A stretch of DNA of 64,000 bases from Paecilomyces variotii (lineage: Eukaryota). Below the pieces are notes generated by a model. It was not told the DNA's origin. It did no database searches and saw nothing but the letters and a program-made list of their open reading frames with translations. The DNA lies in assembly GCA_004022145.1 (NCBI GenBank), contig RCNU01000002.1; one strand, 5' to 3'. Positions 30,101-41,200 of this stretch are shown here, one piece after another; within the stretch, counting starts at the first letter, position 1; each line of letters starts with the position of its first letter. A program made the position numbers and the translations under genes.

Positions 30101-31236
30101 TGGCTGTTGACTGCCACCCTATGCGGAGGTGGAGGCGGTGGAGGCGGCGAATCTTCGCGTTCTTGATAAGAGCCTGGAGAGATTTCGCGGGATGAATGCC
30201 TCGACCAAGGATCGTGCGGCCTAACTGGGGTTGGCTCATAAGACTCAGGAAACGGTGCTGGAGAAACCGCTCTGGAATGTGGCCTGGAAACCGAGCTACC
30301 GTATCTCACCATCGCCATTGATGGTTCCTCCCGTTCCTGGGGCTGAGGAGCGACATCATGGGTCGAGACCCTAGACATATAACTGTTATGCCTCATTATA
30401 TCCATTGACTGTTCCCCTAGCTCCGGGGGGTGAGGCGAGATACCACGCGTCGGTGGCCGGGAAACGGAACTGTTCTGTCTCATGATATCCATTGACTGTT
30501 CTTCCAGTTCTGGAGGATAAGGTGAGGTACCACGCGTTGGTAGTCTGGACATAGCACTGTGATGCCTCACTATTTCCATTGATGGCTCTTCTGGCTGTGG
30601 AGGACGTGGTGATATGGCACGAGGGGGTAGTCTGGAAAAGGAACCGTGATGTCTCGTTACTGCTGTCAGCGGTGCCTCCGGCTCAGGAGGACGTGGAGAA
30701 ACAGCACGGGCAGGCCTCTTGGACCGTGAAGAGGGTTTTGACAGAGAACTGTGCTTTACCGCCGTTGTCTGTGTACGCAATGGCTGCACAGTCCTTGGCG
30801 GGGTATTATCTCGGGGCGGAGTTTGAGGTATCGAGCTCGCTAATGATGTTGCCAGTCGAGACGGGTTTGAAGAAGGCGGAACAGCCTCTTTGTGAGCTTG
30901 AAACGGTTTTCTGAAAACGGTCTTTTGCTTCTTGGGAGCGGTATTCAACCCATTCGATCGTGACAGACTTCCGCCACTGACGATTGGGGGTTCAGGTCGA
31001 CTCACGGGCACGAAGTCTTCCCCTAGGACCGTCACAAAGTTGGAGGGAAAGAGTCCCATCATACGCCTATCGCGACGCAGTCGCCCCATCCACCACTGTC
31101 CATCTCCCGCGTTCAAGCATTCTATGAGATCCCCCTCCACGAAACCCAAGTCTCGTTTGGTCTCACCTCCCCACGAGTACACTGCTCGACACCAACAGGG
31201 AAACCGTGTTGGCAGCTGAGGCGCCTCGAGCGCCAT
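27169..31236 (-). CDS. cyk3: Cytokinesis protein Cyk3 (N-terminal SH3, Pro/Ser-rich linker, transglutaminase-like domain)
   Basis: SH3 CRAVYSWGGETKRDLGFVEGDLIE...WWMG...GLFPSNFV; TGc-like LRAIFTWVSE...HWWNAILVDGEWRIMDCSLA. First ATG is at 31236 (the ORF track starts on an upstream TTG). Confidence 0.93.
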   Translation of the reverse strand: MALEAPQLPTRFPCWCRAVYSWGGETKRDLGFVEGDLIECLNAGDGQWWMGRLRRDRRMMGLFPSNFVTVLGEDFVPVSRPEPPIVSGGSLSRSNGLNTAPKKQKTVFRKPFQAHKEAVPPSSNPSRLATSLASSIPQTPPRDNTPPRTVQPLRTQTTAVKHSSLSKPSSRSKRPARAVSPRPPEPEAPLTAVTRHHGSFSRLPPRAISPRPPQPEEPSMEIVRHHSAMSRLPTRGTSPYPPELEEQSMDIMRQNSSVSRPPTRGISPHPPELGEQSMDIMRHNSYMSRVSTHDVAPQPQEREEPSMAMVRYGSSVSRPHSRAVSPAPFPESYEPTPVRPHDPWSRHSSREISPGSYQEREDSPPPPPPPPHRVAVNSQTRNDVSAPAPLEMNDRYLAVSRTPSPIPPSPEINGHTPSPLRDAMEDVMTSLQDMGLPREGHSPSPPPTFANPWSPDAFDALRDRSPSRVNARPLTSLGLGGDTDPYPEGNNYENSHNFPDRYHDGPPQLSNYVQRMESRLRQLHEQNGESVDSMQDPSEDMGPPPPPRGRYHSIPAPQPQLRARKSGVDLGRNVLNRTLTNKSNTTNSSSGVQSTTTNGTTSTGKTSQSVMSGPSAGGLSATSAGSFARRGKIGSFSERPNTAMDTARPRGFSDLGKAGSRPQTPLTGVSYHSSHNTSRQGASSAIPWSSPANSSVAESPGVFGGLSTPKSKKTGFFKKIIESAKTGAASARSSISVGQSGGSPSPTKLRFPEAISSATIHGKDASREMGLGGPGSVDWVQVRRDVNRATSPSSNERVERAERCQMMDHPVIYAVEELYETAEGDEGIDGLPLSEPTNWGAVNLNLVDKSARFVNSLPPMTNPASLAQGYVCRPYKSDVQRLRAIFTWVSEKIAWDEPIEDDVDIDMRRVINSRRGSPQEVAILVREMCAAVGLHAEVIRGFLKTPGELSELDSLERPNHWWNAILVDGEWRIMDCSLASHTNPIRNNFVTTNSQSAESWYFLARPLEICYTHVPLYPEEQHICPPISPDVLLALPAACPPYFKNGLQMPNYDTSLVRIEGLEVMQIRILVPADVECAAEVEAPAFARDADGDFFESGDVVRKRALVQPDWIGGQKRFTIKAVLPGDEGHGVLKIYAGKKGLMHSTRDIPHPLALSLPIIHTGENPPYEFLVRHPTPHAQRHDLYVMQPQCGRLAINNTFVFAVRQHPSLLQSTGSEDNSDGRVSPSLFSRPHSAFGRPSSALSMASSAAGSTTSSASHEFSASTSALSSSKSTQGREKPAKLAIQSPSGKILRLTRKADHMISAANGADSPADGAADGSVWETVIKIGERGVWRGLVLADRSARWCVFCEWECY
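30186..30708 (-). repeat. Degenerate coding tandem repeat in cyk3, about six units of 87 bp (29 aa)
   Basis: Units RAVSPRPPEPEAPLTAVTRHHGSFSRLPP / RAISPRPPQPEEPSMEIVRHHSAMSRLPT / RGTSPYPPELEEQSMDIMRQNSSVSRPPT / RGISPHPPELGEQSMDIMRHNSYMSRVST / HDVAPQPQEREEPSMAMVRYGSSVSRPHS / RAVSPAPF... Confidence 0.85.
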
Positions 31237-32592
31237 GGCGCTGGTATTCAATATAAAGTACTAAGCGATCGTTAAACGCTAGACACAGAGGAACGACAGA
31301 TGTTGCACACAATTATGGCGTAGTGTTCTGCCGTTGCTGTCGACAGGGCTGGGGCGGTCGGTTTGCGGCTGAATGTCAGCAGGGAGGACTAGCGTGGGAA
31401 TTTGTGAATGCTAATACAAAATAGAGAAATAGTACAGATAGGAAAAGAGAAAACATAAGAATCGACGAGCCACTAGCAGCCTGGCAAGCAGACGCAGTGG
31501 TTGGAGATAGAAGAGAGTGACAACAGGCAGGGCTGAAGACGGTGAGGCCCGACGGGTGTTTTGACCGGGGTGTTTACGTGGGCGCCCTATCGGGAATAGC
31601 GCAGAGCGGGTGTGCTTTATCGATAAGCTTAACTCCCGCCGTCCATGGATCAGGGCGAGCATCTCTGGACTTCAACTGTTAGCCATGCGTTATGAGCCAG
31701 TGCTATTTCTGCCAACATCGTGGAATAGAGCCCTTTTATTTATTCTGTTTACTTGTCTGGGAAGACCATCCATCATCTCACAGCGGGTGGTGGCTGCCAA
31801 ATGCTGTCCAGGTTGCCAACACCACCCTCTCCACCACCGCTAGCGCCAGCATGGACCACTTTTGGGTTTGAGAGCCAACCTCACAAACAGCGTATCAGCA
31901 GTTGAGATAAGTGGTGGCACGCACTAACTAAAATTGTCTTGAATAATCTATTTGATTTTCCACTCATCTTGTTGGAGATCTAGGTGGCTGTCGAGAACAG
32001 CCCCCTCGTTGATTACTCGAAACACACTGTGTCTACGAAGACTGTAGGTTAGATATGTCTTCATCGCTAGTGCAGAGTCCACAGTCCATCACAGGTGGTC
32101 ATTGCGCAAACGAATCAGAGGCTAGTGCACTGTTGCAGGCATCAGCTCTAGTTTCAAATCGGATTTCTTTGTTTGCATGGTGCTTCCACGTTCTTCTACC
32201 AAAGTTGGCATTTTTCGAAAGTTCTTTGACTGCAGGAGAAGCATTAGTCTTGAGAATGGGGTTCCTTTGTTCCGAGAGACACTAAAGTATCAGCTTGTCC
32301 CCAGATCTCCATTTCTTTAATGCTCCTAACCAATTGCTAGCTTGCCATTGTAGTCTACGAGTGGCCTTGTTTGTTGTCCCCGTCGTTCAACAGCATGTTC
32401 CGTTTTGAGATCTGGTTAGGCTAATGCCCAAGTTAAACAGACCCCTCCACATAACCCCAGCCAGCGCGAAGATATGATTATTCTCCGTATCTCAAGTCCA
32501 AAATATAATGTTTAAAATAAGATATCACGGCGATGTTTTGAACACTTTCGACTACGTATTGACACAGAACACTAGGCGGTCCTTGTGAACCA

Positions 32593-32595
<3 letters not shown>

Positions 32596-32624
<29 letters not shown>
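32596..32624. repeat. (AT)n microsatellite, about 14 units
   Basis: Perfect AT dinucleotide run. Confidence 0.95.
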
Positions 32625-32627
<3 letters not shown>

Positions 32628-32687
32628 GCGAGGGCATAAGTCATTTGCAACGTGATAAGCATCCGACCCATGTGGCATACCCAATTC

Positions 32688-34313
32688 CATTCTTTTCCCT
32701 GATAAACCTAACAGAGAGCAGGTGCTTTTTCATTCATACCATCTCATTGTATGTGGTCAAACACTTCTTTATTCGATATCGTCAAGTGGGGCTGGACAAG
32801 CGGGATCACCAAACTGATTCGAGATACCACGCGGTTGATTTGAGTTCTAGCAAACGACAATAAACCGCATCTTCGGTGATTGACATAGCCTACTGACTGT
32901 GCTGTTAAAACACCCGGTCGCTTATACCTGACAGCTGAGACTGGAATGCAGGTTCTCCTGATCTTGTAACTGCCAAGCAAGACCTTTGTGATGGAAGCAC
33001 AGTTAAGCGAAGCGAAGCTTTCTCAGCCTGTCAAAACTCAAAGAACATGAGACCTGACTTTCAAGCCCGAAACATAAAAGCATGGAGTCATCCCACTATG
33101 CCAGAGGTCCCCTATCATCATTAAACTGTGCTCAAATTGCTTCTCCCGATTAGTCATGCATTCGGGACATGTCTCCGAGAGCCTTGCAACTCATCTTCCC
33201 AGGAAATGAAAAACCAGGAATTGCTTATTCTACGAGAGCACTCCATTTCCGTCCTCACGCTCTCAATTGATGAGGTCTCGATCCTGTTACTGCACTCCGC
33301 CAAGGAGCACCCCATTCCACTCAATGAGTCATGAAGATGTAACAATGTAAGATTATGTGAAAATTCAACGGAAGACCGGATACGGACGCTTGATCCTGGG
33401 GTATTGAGCGGCTTACTCGATTAGGCCATCGCGTCGAAAGGCGTCGGTCGTCTCGGTAACATCAACTCGACCATCCCGCTTCCGGTGGAGCGCTCACATT
33501 CCAGACATTCGTGACAAATACGGACATCGTATTCCTAGCTTCACGATTAGACGTGTATACCTCTTCTCCTTTTGCGTCCTATATGGTCTTTACCAGGGTC
33601 ATTCGAGACTTATACCCATGGTTCTTTTTGACTGATTCAGAGAAGTGAGGACGGAACCGGTGATTCAAGGTACTTGAAAGATAGGGACAGCGATTCAGAA
33701 GCCTTAGATATGCTCAATATGAATTACGTTGTTACATTTCCCCAAAAGTCGGTTACATTTGTCGTATCTATAGGACTGTTAATGTCACATTGAAATTGTC
33801 TCCGCCTTACATTGACAGAGTGCAGATCTCAACACAGGAGAAGCCAAGGCACAGGGCAGGCCTGGACTGAGCGTGAAACCACCCCTACGAGGCTGTTTGC
33901 GATCGATAAATGTATGTTTCTCGAGAAAGGATGAATCAGGCCCCTTTTTTTCAGGGGAATGCGCAACTGTACCTTAGCTTTGTGCAGGCCTGGATGGTAA
34001 ATCCGTTCTCTGCTGCCCGTGGACATATGCAGCAGTAACTACTCCAATCATTGGATAGTCATTCTAGGCACTTCAATGGGCCGTTCTCAGCTTTGTCTCT
34101 AAGACAGTTATAGCAGACTTGAGTTTTGGAAGACTCCGCCTCTGGACGTATGGCAGTTGGATCCCCCGCACCGTATAACGTGGCGGTTCAGTTTTTCTAA
34201 TTCTGGAATGAATGAAAGTCTGCAAACGCTAATCTGGATATTTCGGATCAAGGAGTAGATAACTGTAGGTCTTATTTAGGTTGCCATCGCTGTTGAATCC
34301 ACGGACTCATTCT
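32688..34313. promoter_or_regulatory. Cluster of AbaA-type CATTCY sites upstream of the laccase
   Basis: CATTCY or its reverse complement at 32688, 32943, 33313, 33497, 33956, 34060, 34205 and 34308. Confidence 0.55.
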
Positions 34314-34393
34314 TCCATTTAGGTTCCTTTTCCCAAACACACCAACATCGCCTCTTTGTCCCTCGGCCTTGAACGGCTGTTGGAATTAACGTT

Positions 34394-36516
34394 ATGGCTC
34401 CCCTGAAGTCTTTCATGGCGCTGTGCGCCGCATCCCTGCTACCATCAATCTATGGGCGCCACGTTCCTTTCGAACTAAATCTCACATGGGAAGTGGGAGC
34501 CCCTGATGGAAACCCCAGGGAGATGGTTTTCATGAATGGCCAGTTCCCTGGGCCGGAACTGCGAATTGATGAGGGCGATAATGTTGAGGTTCGTGGGACT
34601 TGATGAGGCTCATTGCCTTTTGCTTCGCTAACGAAGATTGCAGTTTATTGTCCATAACAACATGCCTTTCAACACCAGTATCCATTTCCACGGTATAGAG
34701 TATGTCACTCAGTTATAATATGCTGTTAGGATGCTCTTTGGAAAACAATACTGACAATTGACAGGCAACTCAACACTGTATGGTCAGATGGTGTCCCCGG
34801 CCTCACACAAAAGCCCATCCAGCCAGGAGAAAGCTTCACTTATAAGTGGACTGCTACTCAATATGGCACTTACTGGTCTGTTCCCATCTACAATGTTGAC
34901 TGCATCGAACAATTACTCAAAGTATAGCAGGTATCACTCTCATGCCCGCTCTACCATGGCTGACGGACTTTATGGCCCAATCTGGATCAAGTATGTGATA
35001 CAAATTACTCTCATTTTAAATGAGACACACGCTAACCAAAACAGTCCCAAACCGGGCTCACCGCAACCATTCGAATTGATTTCCAAAAATGAGGACGATC
35101 TTAGGGCTATGCGTCGTGCAGAGGCTAATCCACGCCTTGTTGTTTTGTCGGATTGGGATCATCTGACATCTGAAGAGTATCAAGGTCTGCAGGAATACAG
35201 TGGTCTTGACATCTTGTAGGTTTCGACGTGATCGCACCAACAGCATGTACCGCCTGCTAACTGCATTTCAGTTGCGTCGACAGCATTCTGATCAACGGTA
35301 GAGGTGCTGTGCACTGCCCTAGCGCCGATGAGCTATACAGCTACGAGACTCCTTACCTTAAGGGCGCGATTGATAACTTGAACTTGACAGACAAGGGGTG
35401 AGTTAATCCAGTATAATTCTATACAAAGAATCTTGCTAACGCGTCTTGTTCAGATGTTATCCTAACATTTTCAAGACCCAAGGCGGTTTCCCCTATAATG
35501 AATCCAGGATCCCTCCGGGTGTCAATTCGGGCTGTGTTGCTACCACTGGAAGTCAGGAAGTCATCGAGGTAGATCCTCAAGAAGGCTGGGCCAGTTTCAA
35601 GTTTATCAGTGCGGCTTGGATGAAATCCTTCGTCGTGTCCATTGACGAGCACCCAATGTGGGTCTACGAGGTTGACGGTCACTACATCGAACCACAGCTT
35701 GTCGACTCATTCTCTATGTTCAATGGCGAACGCTATTCGGCCATGGTCAAACTGGACAAGACACCAAAGAACTACACTATCAGAATCCCAGACACAAATG
35801 CTGACCAGATCATTGCCGGTTTTGCAACACTCTCATACAAGAACGGCAAGGATCTTGGGCCGTCAAAGCCTTATGTCAACTACGGCGGTCTGAATGTCTC
35901 GGCAGATGTAGTCGCTTTGAACGTGAAATCACTGCCACCCTACCCGCCGATTAAGCCGGCAGCGACCGCTGATAAGATGCTTAACCTTACTTTGGGACGC
36001 ATCAACTCTTCATGGCAATGGACACTCCAAGGCAGCCAGCTTTGGGATGTTATGGCCAACCTGGATACTCCTCTTCTGTTTGATCTCGATGCAAGGAAGA
36101 ACCTTGGAAGCAAGCTTACTCCATCGACTAAGAACGGCACATGGGTCGACCTGCTACTTCAAATGGGCGAGTTCCCCAAAACGGCTCCGATCCAAGCTCC
36201 CCATGTGATCCACAAACATTCTAACAAGGCCTTTATTATCGGGTTTGGCCAAGGGTTCTTTAACTGGACCAGTGTCGAAGAGGCTGTCCAACAAGCACCT
36301 TCAGATTTCGAATTGGAAAACCCCCAGCTAAGGGACACATTTGTCACCAACGCTCTTACTGGGCCTGCTTGGATGCTTTTACGATACCAGGTGGTCAACC
36401 CGGGCCCGTTCTTGCTTCACTGTCACATCGAAACCCATTTGGCTTCTGGAATGGGCGTTGCCTTGCTCGATGGTATTGACAAATGGCCCGAGGTTCCTCC
36501 GGAGTACGCCATCTAG
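34394..36516 (+). CDS. Secreted multicopper oxidase of the conidial pigment laccase type (yA/Abr2-like), about 8 exons
   Basis: Signal peptide; L1 SIHFHG, WSDGVPGLTQ, L2 GTYW|YHSH, L3 HVIHKHSNK (HKH variant of pigment MCOs), L4 LLHCHIETHLASGM with an axial Met. Confidence 0.92.
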
Positions 36517-38259
36517 AAATAACCTTCACCATGTCCGGCGTGTATAACCTCTCTGGTGCATCTAGAGTTAGAGTTTCGGATTTATTCAGTTTTAATATCA
36601 TTTTTAATCTTTTCCGTGTTCCAGGCACTGTCGAATTAATGGTTCTATGCGAAATTGCGCCTTTCATGTATGCAAGTAGATCGCCTAAAAGTATACTTGA
36701 CATAATAATTAATTCCTTTTTATATTTTTATTCTTTGTCTTTGGAGTATATTTGGAATTTTCTGCTTTATTTGTCATATCGGCCGAAGTCGGTAACTTTT
36801 GCTTACTTGCTATCACTACATTCCATGTTTTCCTTAATTTTTTTCTGAACGACCACAAACTTTGCCCTGTGTTCCTGATGCATCCGGGGACTCAGGTTTC
36901 TGGCAGGACAAACTTGTTCGAGCACGCGAGGGCGATATCCGCTACGAGCCTCAACTCTAAAACAGTTGATGCTCGCAAGCGGAAACTCGAATCAATCGGG
37001 ACTCTATAGGAAGAAAGTGTCTGAGTCATGACGTTTTCTAAGTATTGCCCTATTTGATCCATTAATATTGTATGATGTTTGGTTGTTGTAAGATCTCAAC
37101 GGAGTCGAAAGGCTAGAAAATGCAGAGTCATGACGCAACTAATTGCAGGGCTCTGGAATGGTCTAAGGACTAAGTAACTACTTTATCGGAACAATAAATG
37201 ATCTGTAATCGTCGAAAAAAATAACTTGCATGATTCATGTTGATATCGGTACCATCAGTTAGGTGACAAGATGATAGTTGGGTTTCCGGATGCATCTGGT
37301 GCTTGAGGCAAAAGCCTCATGATCCTGACAAGGAGCCTGGGTCTTGGTCTGACATTTATACAAAATCAACTATATCCAGATATGATCTGCAAGCCTAGAA
37401 CTGGCAGACTAATGCGATCCAGTTAGCAACACCCATGCGCTATAGGATAGTATTAATAGGGTATCATCGAGCACGTGATCCTGTATATCTATGCGGTAGC
37501 GTCGCTGTAACCTTAGCTGCATGCGGATCGCCAAGATCAACTCCAGTCAAACAGTTATCTGGATTACGATGAGAGCAATCATCCTGATCGATGTGAAGAG
37601 AAACAGTATTGCAATTAGTCTGGTACAATGGCTAGACCACCGGATACTGTGGAGAGGATCCAAACAATGCCGGAAGCAACAATGCCCCTTCCAGATCTCA
37701 CGGGGATACTGCCAGTCCTTGCGGACAGCTTCAGAATCCTTGCCTCCTAGTCCTCTTTTGTGGGCAACCCATGTCTTATCGGACAGTGATACAGGTATAG
37801 CTATAGGATTACATCCCGGATCGAGTAGCCCGCTGACCGTCACAGGTAACGGTGCCATTGACGAGCTCTCCACCTTCGATGGATCTTAGTCTCGGATCCG
37901 AGATATTCGGATGTATGCGCTTCGCTAATCTCTGGTCCATTGGAAGAAATAGCAAAACGTGGTCTTCCTTGATTCTAGAATTCCTGACCTCTGAGTCTCG
38001 TCGGTACTACTTACCAAGTGAGATTCGAATAATGACGAGACCAAAAGACAGACCACATCGGGGAACGATGTGGCCACTACCAAGCCGTGGAAACAAAGTA
38101 GTACTTTGCCCACAGAAACCTTGACCCTGATACTCCTGGATCTTTCCCCATAAGAGGAAGGTCTGCCATAGCGTATAAAGTATGGTTTCCCTTAGGGATA
38201 ACTTTCTTCTCAAGGCATCGCAGACTATTCGATCCGCAGGGGAAGGAGAATCGCCAACC

Positions 38260-41200
38260 ATGCGAGTAACTAGCCGCGTCTATCTCTTCGGAGATCAGAC
38301 CGGTGAGTTCGAGACCGGACTTCGCCAGCTCTTGCAGGCGAAGAACAACAGTCTTCTAACGTCTTTTTTCGAGAGATGCTTCTATGCTTTGCGGCAAGAA
38401 GTATCCAGGTTGCCTCCATCACAGAGACAAATCTTCCCTCGGTTCACGAGCATCGTGGATTTGCTAGCAAGACATCGGGAGTTTGGACCTAATCCAGCTC
38501 TTGAGAGTGCCCTCACATGCATCTATCACTTCGCATGCTTCATCAAGTAAGTAAGCCCCATCCCCCATAGGATGTCCCTCATATGATATCATAAGACTCG
38601 ACACTAATACCTGATAGTCACTATGGAGACGGAGGACATGCCTATCCCTCAGCATCAGAAAGCCATATAATAGGTCTGTGTACCGGGCTGCTGGCGTCTG
38701 CTGCTGTCAGCTCCTCCCGCACCGTGGGAGAGCTGATTCCTGCTGCTATCGAAACAGTTACGGTGTCTCTGAGACTCGGACTGTGTGTCTTAAGGACAAG
38801 AGATCTCATTGACCGCAGCTATGAAAAGTCACAAAGCTGGTCAATGGTAGTCTCCGGGCTCAACGAGGAGGAAGTTGGCGCACTCATTCATGGATTTTGC
38901 CAGCGAAAGGTAAGATACGCATATATATTATCTATGGAAATATATTGACAATAGTAGTCTATTTCTCCTTCGTCTCGGCCTTATATCAGTGCTGTGAATA
39001 CCCACAGTTTGACTATCAGTGCTCCTCCATCCATCCTGCAGGAGTTTACGAATGTCTGTCTATCCAAGGAGAACAGGCCCGTGAGAGTTCCAGTTCATGC
39101 TCCTTATCATGCTCCCCATCTCTATGATCGGCGGGATGTGACCAGTATCCTGGAGTCATGGCCGAAGGAAGAGCTTGCGAATTATACTCCACGGATTCCT
39201 GTCTTGTCCAGTGAGACCGGCGAGATTATCCTGGCACGAAACTTGCACGAACTTCTCGGAATTGCTCTCGAGGAGATTCTGTTACGAAAGTTATGCTGGG
39301 ATAAGGTCCAGGATGGCTACGCGTCAATGCTGAAGCGAACCAGCAGTGCTGCTTGCAAAATATTTCCAATTGCATCTGCTGCCTCCCATGGCCTGTCTGC
39401 TGCTCTGAAGCGGACAGGTGTTCCTGACGTTGAGGTCGATAACACCATCAGCGAATCAGCGAAGGCTTGTGATAACGAGAACTCTACCGGTAGAACCGAG
39501 CAATCCAAGATCGCGATTATAGGACTGTCTGGAAGATTCCCTGATGCCCCGAGCCCCGAGCACTTCTGGGATCTCCTTTACAAGGGACTTGATGTCCACC
39601 GGGTAGTACCCCCTGATAGGTGGGATGTGAAGGCCCATGTCGACCCTACGGGCAAGATCAGAAACACCAGCAAGGTACCTTATGGATGTTGGATTGAGGA
39701 GCCTGGCTTGTTCGATCCGCGGTTTTTCAACATGTCTCCCCGCGAAGCACTTCAAGCAGACCCAGCCCAGCGTCTAGCGCTAGTGACCGCCTACGAAGCC
39801 CTTGAGCAGGCTGGCTTTGTACCTGACAGTACTCCTTCAACTCAGAAGGACAGGGTCGGTATATTCTATGGCATGACTAGTGATGACTACCGTGAAGTCA
39901 ACAGCGGTCAGGATATTGATACTTATTTCATTCCTGGCGGAAATCGCGCTTTCACCCCTGGTCGAATCAATTACCATTTCAAGTTCAGCGGTCCTAGCGT
40001 GAGCGTCGATACGGCTTGTTCATCCAGTTTAGCAGCCATTCACCTGGCGTGCAACTCTCTTTGGAGAAATGACTGCGACACTGCCATTGCAGGCGGCACT
40101 AATGTGTTGACGAATCCAGACAACTTCGCTGGCTTGGACCGGGGTCATTTCCTCTCTGCAAAGGGAAACTGCAACACATTCGATGACGAAGCAGATGGCT
40201 ATTGTAGAGCGGATGCGGTAGGCACCGTTGTCCTCAAGCGGTTGGAGGATGCTCAGGCGGACAAGGATCCTATTCTTGGTGTTATCCTTGGGGCTTACAC
40301 CAACCACTCCGCTGAGGCAGTGTCAATGACCCGACCCCATGTTGGGGCGCAAGCATTTATCTTCAATAAGCTGCTAAACGAAGCGAACGTGAGCCCTCGA
40401 GATGTTGGCTATATCGAGATGCACGGAACAGGCACACAGGCCGGTGACGCAGTCGAGATGAAATCGGTACTGGATATCTTTGCTCCCGATTACACACGGG
40501 GACCCAGTCAATCGCTCTATCTAGGTTCCGCCAAAGCCAATATTGGACATGCGGAATCAGCCTCCGGTGTGAGCTCGTTGATCAAAGTACTCTTGATGTT
40601 GAAAGCGAATACGATTCCTCCACACTGTGGCATCAAGACCAAGATCAACCACAACTTTCCTACCGATTTCAAAGAGCGCAACGTCCATATTGCCTTCAAG
40701 CCCACTTCCTGGGAAAGACCTCAGGACGGTAAACGGAGATTGTTCGTTAATAACTTCTCTGCTGCCGGTGGTAACACAGCGCTGCTGATAGAGGATGCAC
40801 CTCTTTCTACCGTTTCGGGTGCCCCGGATTCTCGTTCAACGCATATTGTGGCTGTCTCAGCGAGGTCTCAGTCGTCTCTCAGAAATAACATCCGGTCCCT
40901 TATGAAATATGTCAGCGAATTGGACGGCCAGATTGGAGGCGAAAACTTCCTCGGGAAGCTATCATACACCACAACTGCTCGCCGTATACACCATCAATTC
41001 AGGACTATGGTCAGCGGATCTAGCTTGAAGGGCATTCAAGAGGCACTCTCCTCAGCGGCTTCCCGTGACAGCTTCACACCGATCCCTGCGTCGACTCCTA
41101 GTATCGGCTTCGTGTTCACGGGTCAAGGAGCGCAATATACTGGTATGGGCCAGCAGCTTTATAGCAGCTGTTCCCAGTTCCGGGATAATATAGACCGTTT

